Shown piece after piece: positions 47,946-64,000 of a DNA stretch of 64,000 nucleotides (its first letter is position 1; each line of letters starts with the position of its first letter). Location of the stretch: contig NIVC01002246.1 in NCBI GenBank assembly GCA_002269645.1, positions 186,001-250,000 on the forward strand, in the 5' to 3' direction. The DNA comes from Macrostomum lignano. Its lineage: Eukaryota. The position numbers and the translations under genes were made by a program. The notes beneath the pieces were generated by a model, which searched no databases, was not told the origin of the DNA, and saw only the letters and a list, made by a program, of their open reading frames with translations.

Positions 47946-48384
47946 TTCTCTTGATCCGCAACTCGATCTCTCCTATCGAATCGAGCAGCACGTAAATTGC
48001 TATCGTCGAGTTTTGCAGCAATTGTCTCTTTTGTCTGTCTGTCTCCGTCTCGTTTTAGGTCTCTGTCTCCAGGGGATCGAGTTATTCGAGGCACACTTAG
48101 TAGAGCGATGAGGGCTTCAAACAAACCATTTTAACTCTGCTTTCGGGACAATATAGGTTCCATCAGCTGCAGAACGCAGTGTCTATGGGTTCAACTGAAC
48201 TGCCAATTTGCTGTGAAAAATCTTAATTTGAGAACAGCTAATTGAAAACATTGTTTGATACATGTACTTGGAACTGCTAATTCCAATTCCATGGATTGAG
48301 CATTCGACTGGATTGGACAGACAGTTCTTGCGACGGTCCTAGGATTAGACTACCCGTTCAAGGATAGAACTAACAGTCCATGGC

Positions 48385-49030
48385 TTGGAAGGACAGCCCA
48401 TGGATTGGAAAGACAGCCCATGGATTGGAAAGATAGTCCTTGGATCGAAAGACAGTCCATAGGTTAGAAAGACAGTCTATGTATTGGAAAGAATCCACAC
48501 AGATCGGAAATAGTCCATGGATTATAAGGAGTCTATGGATAGGAAAGATAGTCCTTGGATCGGACATACAGTCCATTTATTAGAAAAAGAGCCATATAAT
48601 TGGAAAGGTAGTCCATGTATTAGAAAAATTCCTTAGATTGGAAAGAGTCCTTGGATCGGAAGGACAGTCTATGGGTTAGAAATACAGTCTATGTATTGGA
48701 ACGTGCCCTTGAGTTGGAAAGAGTCCGCACATAGATCGGAAATAGTCCATGGATTAAAAGGACAGTCCATAAATTGGAAAGATAGTGCTTGGATCGGAAG
48801 GACAGTCCATCTATTAGAAAGAGCCATATGATTAGAAAGGTGGTCCATGTATTAGAAAGTGCTTGGATCGGAAACACAGTCCATAGGTTAGAAAGACAGT
48901 CGATGTATTGGAAAGAGCCCTTGGATTGGAAAGGTAGTCCATGTTTTCAAGGAAGAAAAATTCCTTGGATTGGAGGGACAGTCCATGCATTGGAAAGAGC
49001 TGTTGGATTGGAAGGCCAGTCCTTGGATTT
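48385..49030 (-). repeat. Decayed inverted copy of the 44826-45450 20-bp satellite
   Basis: ggattggaa(a/g)gacagtccat-type units, reverse complement of the 45-kb unit. Confidence 0.8.
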
Positions 49031-49782
49031 GGGTGGGCGGTTCAATCCCAGCGCGATTATGCAGGCCGTGCAGGTGCCTCCAGCTGCCATCTCTCTGTAA
49101 GCGAATAGCTTTGCCTACCTCAAAGACGCAATGCTGCAATTCAGGCGCCACAGACAAAAGACCAGAAAATAAGAAGTCAGAAATTTAGGATTGCGCAATT
49201 TTGCCTCAATATTCGTTTTTTTTTTCACGGCAAGGCCATCTGGGAAGGGGGAGGCCCAGATGCCAAAGCAGCTGCAGCTGCAACACGGAGATAGTCAAAT
49301 TACTCTCTCGCAATCTGTTGTATTTGCTTTCTGGCTTCATCTTTTAGACAAAAAAACGGCCAACATCAAGACGCCACCTGCCAGGCCGCTTGGCTTTGAC
49401 CACTTATGGCGCGAGCAGAAGATTTCTTGCTTTTCCTTTCCTACGACAAACAGAGTTGACGCAAGCAGCAGGGAGCTGGACAAATGACGATTAACTTTTT
49501 TAAAAATATAACAAACCAGTAACGGAGCGGTAACGCGCGCGCGCAAAAAGTTGTTGATTCTTTATTTTAATAATAAAAATGCAGCGACAGCGAGGACCGA
49601 GAGAGGGGCAGAAGAGAACGAGGCAATGGAGAAAAATGTTTAGCAACAATAACCGGAGACGCGTAAATGTCGGATGGGGTTGGTTTAGGAAAAATAAATG
49701 TTTATTAGTAGAAAAAGAAACACGTGCTCGGGCTTGTCAAGCGAAGCGCAATCGATGTTACTGGCCAAAAGGTCAGCAATAA

Positions 49783-58018
<8,236 letters not shown>

Positions 58019-58469
58019 TCAGGACTGCAATATTGTCAATAAATATTATATACTCATAGTGCTTTATGCTTTAAGTTTTATATTAATTAATAAATATTAT
58101 AAATTATAAGTCTGATACTAATATTATAATTATAAATTAATTTATAGACTATGATGAGGGTGACAATATTCTAAGGGAATATGATGAGGGTGACAATATT
58201 CTACTATTTAAACAAACTACAGCTATATATAGTTGTAGCTTAATTGCAACTGATATAATCTAAATATACTAAATCTCTAATATTTGTTTGTATGTTTGAA
58301 TGTCCATAACGCTCTAGAGACTGCAATTCTTCACCAATTTTGATCACATTTTTGCCAAAATAAAGTTTCTAAAATTAGAAGTTTAAAACAAAGCTCTGAA
58401 GAAAATAAAATACCTATCAACCCCTTTTGAAGAGCTGAACACTATCCTTAATTTGCCTTTGCTTCACCA

Positions 58470-58900
58470 TTTATGAGAGCAAAGGCTATGAAGTCTGCCT
58501 CCCAACTTATCATGGAGATAAAATGTTAAACAATGCACCCTCTGGCTTTATGCCAATGAAAACCTTAATCCCACATATGGACTTTGTCTGCCATGACCTC
58601 ATCAACATCCACATGGACCTGGACAATGTGGATAGCTACCTCCCCACTCTCAACATCAGGAGGGGCTTCTAGGCTGCCATCCCTGGCCAAGATAGCATTT
58701 TGTTAGATGTTGATATGAACTGGCACAACCAAGGCATTCACTGCTTCACTAACAGCTTGCTGTTCAATGACCATGCTGGAGTAGGTATTACCATCTTCCA
58801 TGAGGGTAAGATGCTCTTTTTAGAAAGTCTACACCTTGGTGAAAACACCTCAGTTTTCTAAGCTAAAATTTGTGCCATCAAGCACCCAGCACCTACTCCA
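58470..58900 (+). mobile_element. CpG-free, stop-riddled copy of the RNase H retrotransposon fragment at 26330-26740
   Basis: Colinear with the reverse complement of 26337-26723; differences are almost all C>T or G>A. Confidence 0.9.
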
Positions 58901-59425
58901 GGTCTACATTCAGGAAGGTTACATGTAAGCCACAATTTTCTGGCATATCATTGAAAAGTTTGGCTATTTTGGCATACCACTTTGGCGTACCACTTTGAAC
59001 TTGAGAAATTTTTGGCATACCAATTTTGGTGAATAAATTCATGTCGTGTATAAAAATTGTAATATAAATTAACCCTTTTTAGTTTTTACAAAAAATAAAA
59101 GAAAATTAGTATAGTCTAGAAAATAAGTGATAAACTTTTAGCTTATTTTAAATTAACAATGAATAAAACTTGTGTAAATTATTGCTAAGAATGTAAATTT
59201 TGCATTTTTTTCTCTAGGTTTAATTTAAGTTTGTTTAAAATGAAAATATTTATAATTATTTGAAAGAATTTTCATACGAAAGCCTTTCTTAGAAAACTCT
59301 ACTTGTGAAAACCGAATGACCTTTTTTAGGAGGAATTTTTGGCATACATTTTAGGGATTTTTTTTGTTTTTGGCGTACACTGACATACATTTAGCTGAGA
59401 TAGGATTCTTGTTCCGGCATACACT

Positions 59426-59723
59426 CATACATGCGCAACCTCTGAAATTCGGTCGGCCATGCGACTTAGTTTTAACAAAAATGCGACGTAGTTTTTGGCC
59501 AAAAATGCGACTTACATGTAAAAAAACCCTAAAGCAAAATTAACGCAACTTTGGGTAAACGGCAGGAGTAACTATGACTGTCTTATTAAGCCAAAATGCC
59601 TCGTCAGCTACTTAGTACTACTACTTGATTATTTTTTCGGGTGGGCATTTTTGCGACTTCCTTGGTTGGCCGCCAAATCGGTCGGCCGGATCGGCCGACT
59701 CGGCCGACTGTTGCGCATGTATG
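59426..59723. mobile_element. 298-bp hAT-type MITE, 14-bp TIR CATACATGCGCAAC, 8-bp TSD CATACACT
   Basis: Perfect TIRs at 59426-59439 and 59710-59723; TSD at 59418-59425 and 59724-59731. Confidence 0.88.
59553..59616 (+). pseudogene. Degenerate 64-bp fragment of 28S rRNA (R2/I-PpoI target region) inside the MITE
   Basis: gggtaaacggcaggagtaactatgactgtcttattaagccaaaatgcctcgtcagctacttagt versus 28S GGGTAAACGGCGGGAGTAACTATGACTCTCTTAAGGTAGCCAAATGCCTCGTCATCTAATTAGT. Confidence 0.85.
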
Positions 59724-61661
59724 CATACACTACTACACAATCCGAACCGTGGCTCTAGGTGAACATTAATAACTTCAACATTCTTTTGAAGGGGTCATTT
59801 ATACACCAGAATTTTCTGGCATATATACTAATGTAGGGCCTATAACCTTCCAAAGTCTGGGTTAAGGAAACCCTTTAAAAAAACCTATCATAATTTTTAA
59901 TTGTAATAAACAAAATTGCACTAACACAATCACACAATTGTTGTAGCAACAATTTAAATAATATTTTACTAGACATTAAAATAAAATTTAGCATTGAAAA
60001 AAGAAAATAAAGATATATCTATATGGTAGGCCTATAGCAATATCTCTAAATTACAAAATCACCATTTTGGCCAAAATGCCTAGGGCCTATAGCCAAACTG
60101 GTTAATGGGTGAAATGGACTATGGGCAAAATCGTCTGGGGCAAAATTTCTATGGCCGAAACGGTTTGGGGGCGAAACAGCTGGTCCTGGAATTCTATCAA
60201 AAAAGCTTTGCCCTTGATTGGTGACCCAATTCCTAACAAAGTGGCTAGATCTTAGCATAGTCGTCTAAACTAGCCTAAGTTGGCTACGTGCAGATAAACT
60301 TTACCAATAATGCAACAAATGTTAAAAATATTGAGGAATAGAGGTTGTTGCAGTAGGGGCCTATATAAAAATCAACCCGACAATACAATATTCAATAATA
60401 GGCATAGGGGGCCTAATAATATTATTAATAGTGAAGTGAAACAGCAACAGTTTAGATAAAGTATCTCTACATTTTAGGGCTGATTCGATTCTCATAGAGC
60501 AATGCAGGAATGCAGTCAAGCAGTTACCAACTTCAAGAAATGGTGTGGAGTGGAACTCAAGTACCAGTTAGTAAAGTATCTAAACTGCGCGTCGCGCCAA
60601 TTCGCTGTGCACTCCGTTTAAATATTTACACCATTGTTAACAAAGTAAATTTTTAAGCTCGTAGTTACTTGATTTTTTGATTATCGCTACAGGTTCTAAA
60701 ATTATAATACTACTTTTTGGTAAATAATTAGTTTTACTTCAGATCTTTTAAGTACATCACGTAATTTTCTAAAACAAACTTTTCTTTTTAAGCAAACGGA
60801 AGGGTTAATAAAGAAAAAATTTAAACGAAAGAAAAAGGTAGAAAAGGTTGGCCTTAAGTGAAATAGGAAAGCTAGCTGAGGGCTAACCACAAAAGTCACA
60901 AAAAACAATAAACAACCGTTTATTAAGAAAAGCTTGAAAAATCCATGAGGTTAGAGAGAAGTCGCCTCTCTCGGTAGGGGCGGTTTTGACTGTTGCTGAG
61001 TGTACATGTAAGATCTTTGATGCAGCCTTGCTTATTGGGGTGACTTCGCGGTTGATTTGGCTAGAGATCTGCTTGGCAGATGACTTTGGTGGGCCATGCA
61101 CTTAAAGTCCAATGAAGAATTCCACTTGGCAAATCATAAGTTTGCTCTTCCCTCTCGCTGTGAGAAGAACAGCATGGATCAGTGTTCTGACAGTGTGCAA
61201 CGTGATTTAGTTTGCATAATGACTCATTGAATAGTTTTGCTCTGACATCTATTTTTGATAAGTGATTGCACAATCAGTGTTCAGTTTAACGTGCCAATTA
61301 ATGTTAAGCTAACGATTGAGTAATGTACACCGTGCATTGCTTTGACTATGAATATATTGAGCGAGACTAAAGTGTCTCCAACTGACTGAATTCAATTCAA
61401 TTAACTAAAAACACAACAATCAGGCCTTGGAGTCCAAATTCCCATTCCAAAGACCACTGTAGTCTATAGTCCTTGACTAATTCCTCTGGACTCCTGGAAG
61501 ACGCGTTTCACTTTTATTGTTGTTTTCTATTCTGCTGCCAAGTACCCTTTACGGGCCATGCAGCCCTCTTATCTCTTGCATGCCAAGGACGACTTACATG
61601 TAAGTAAAAGGACGGGAAACCTCGTTTCTTAGAAAATTTTAAAAGACAGAATTTTCCAAAG

Positions 61662-61997
61662 GCACAAAAATTGTTATTGCTTTGATAAGGAGGCAGATCG
61701 ACACGTTCATCTTTTGATATTTTGTGCCTTTCTTATTGCTCTATCGATATTTATAAAGCTTTTCGTTCAAAAATAGTTTTAAAGGCACGTTTCACCGGAA
61801 AACACACTACGGAAATAGGGAATTTCACGATTTTCAACACTTAAACAGTGATTGGGTCTCCTAACAGTGTCAGAGAAAGTTCTAATCACACTATTTTGTG
61901 CCTCACATGCTGCTCTAACGACACATTAATCGATTTTTCATGTTAAATTGGTCTGTCACTTGAAAAAAACGTTTTAAATAATGACAAGACCAACTTA
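61662..61997 (-). mobile_element. Uninterrupted copy of the repeat hosting the Polinton (empty site, single AAGGCA at 61725-61730)
   Basis: Reverse complement reads ...gatagagcaataaga AAGGCA caaaatatcaaaagatgaac..., joining both Polinton flanks. Confidence 0.9.
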
Positions 61998-63155
61998 ACA
62001 TTAAAAAGCGATTAATGCGTGATCTCTCTGTCTGCATTAACAACTATCGAACGATTGGCAACTTCAGCCATAGACAACTTTGTTGGAACCCAATTCCTTT
62101 ACCGGCTTGCTTTGGCAGCTTTTGATTTGCAGCCAAAGCTTTGTGGGTGGGAGAAAAAGACTATAGTCTATGGCCCAAGGTTAGCCTACCAGTGCCAGCC
62201 CAGATCTTCAAGGCATTCGCGCTTTACGAAAGAATAGCCAAAAAGAGTAGAATGCGAGCTTCAACTAAAATAATTATATAGTGTAGTTTAATTTTGCGGG
62301 CCTGTGGGCCGTGTCAACCACATGCATACAAAGAACAAGGTAAGAGCTGCGACTACTTCTGTATTTGCCAATTTTAATGACTATATTTATACAGCTCTTT
62401 TCAATTTCTACTCGTATTGCATGTCTAGCAAGAATTAAACTCAACAGAAACTTTCTGACTTTCTCGCAAAGTCAGTTGGATTTAGCTAGCTGTAAATATA
62501 AAAGAGTATATAGACTAACATAGGATCTGTGGTTTTAAGACGGCATTTTGGTATTTCAAAACCAAAACTGAGCTACTTGGCTCTTGCTTAGCGCTTGCTT
62601 TATTTTTCCTAAAGTGGGCTCAAAGCATGGATGAATAAAACCATGGATTGCTCGTCTGCCTTAAATTTAGGGGTGCGATTTTGCCCCGCGAAGCCCCCGT
62701 TCGCACCGATTGGCTACTGAAGATTTCTTAGTTGTCTATGGTAAAAACGTTGTAAGCTGCAGTGCTCAGAGTGTGTAGTTATAATCACAGTCAGGTGCTA
62801 AGTTTTTACGAGGGGCACCCAAAAAGTTTTTGCAACTGGTCAACTATTGGTTTTTGCGAGCTATCTCAGCCAAGGAGCAAGCAAACTCATCCATCCCATA
62901 GATTTCAATACGACGAAGGAGGTGGTTTGAACCATAGACTGTCACGTTTTTTTCAACCAAACTCATCCAACAGGCGAGCAATCTCAGCCATAGCTTGTCT
63001 ATTAAGCGAAAAATTTAATTGGTTCGTATATAAGAGACTTTATGATAGAGCAGCACATCAGAACACAGGAAATCGACTAACGGAACAAACAAATGACTCA
63101 CTAAATAAGCACTGGTTGCATCTGATGCACGGTGTCAATTTGTCAGCTAGTCTCA

Positions 63156-64000
63156 TTAGACAAAGGGCTGCTGCTGGATGCACTGAGCATAATTTCTGCC
63201 GCAATGAATTTCCCAGCGAGCCACCTTCAGTGGTGTCACCGTGTCCAAGGCAATGCGGCCAAGTCGCTCCAACAGAATACAGCGCCACTCGGTACGGTTC
63301 ATTCCATCCGGAATTCCACCAGCTTCCTCTTCCACCAGGGCAGGATTGACCAGCTGCCATCTGATGTCAGCCTTCACCGCGCTATGCGCCATTTCTCATG
63401 GGTTTAGGAACGGCGAATAGGCAGGAAGCAGCTGCAGTGAAATCCTCGGCTGATGATTCTGTGGCACGATGACTCCACGGTGGAAGGTCGGCCCGTCACA
63501 GACAATTACAATTCTCGCATTGTTAACCTGGCCTTGGACTTGCTCCACTAGCTCGTTTACAAACTGTTGAAACCGCGGCCGCGTTTGGCCTCCTCGGAAG
63601 ATCTCACTCTTGACCAAACCCAGCGCAGAGGAGACGGCAAGGCAAATGGTCAAATTCGGTCCTCTCTGAGTGGTGCAGATGCGACGCACAGGCTGACCTC
63701 TGATTGCTCGGCCTTGTGACCTCCGGCTCCACAAGTTATATCCAGTCTCATCGATGTACACCACCACGGCATCGTGTGGCAGCGTCGTCATCATCTGGGC
63801 ATAGTCGCGTCGTCGGGCAAGCACTTCATCCGAGTTGGCTTGCAGGCGAATGTCCGCGTCCTTAGTCGCAATTTTGAATGTGTACTGAGAGCCCTGCAGT
63901 GCTCTGTGCACAGTCGTGGTCGACACCACGGGTTTGTTTGGCAGTCTTTCGTGCAGCTGCTGACACATGGTCTCGAGTGTTGCAAACGGATTGGCATCCA
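63156..64000 (-). mobile_element. Tc1/IS630-type DD34E transposase, in-frame stop at 63396-63398, 5' part beyond the window
   Basis: YIDETG, VCDGPTFH, LPAYSPFLNP*E with 34-residue D-E spacing; the frame continues to 63156. Confidence 0.9.

Noticed and set aside
59553-59616. Functional rRNA gene
   Set aside because: Only 64 bp, mutated, and enclosed in a MITE
60060-60190. Repeated GGC(G/A)AAA motifs as a transposon subterminal region
   Set aside because: No partner TIR or TSD found

Overview
Eukaryotic (invertebrate animal) genomic DNA. The GC-rich exons and minisatellite-filled introns resemble the flatworm Macrostomum, but that is an inference. Host genes: an unidentified polyQ protein gene (+, exons 471-3178, probably ending at 19037-19556), separase/ESPL1 (+, 25216-33256), a CCR4/CNOT6-type deadenylase (-, 36987-41160, possibly starting with a Q-rich exon at 46700-47729), PRMT1 (-, 49783-58018) with an initiator tRNA-Met in an intron, and a Tc1-type DD34E transposase running off the right edge. 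The main feature is a Polinton/Maverick-type endogenous virus at 7986-18682, with ~0.7-0.9 kb TIRs and a 6-bp TSD (AAGGCA) confirmed by an empty paralogous site at 61725-61730. It carries integrase, minor and major capsid proteins, protease, packaging ATPase and core-like proteins, but no recognisable protein-primed PolB. It also encodes a two-repeat TATA-binding-protein-like ORF, and most of its gene junctions carry a TATAAATA/TATATAA box. Second signal: two sharply bounded CpG deserts sit just upstream of the separase and PRMT1 start exons. In one, a retrotransposon copy has lost all ~28 CpGs (several to TpA) relative to an intact copy in the same window. A 298-bp hAT-type MITE carries a fragment of the 28S rRNA R2/I-PpoI target region. 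All alignments and counts were done by eye.
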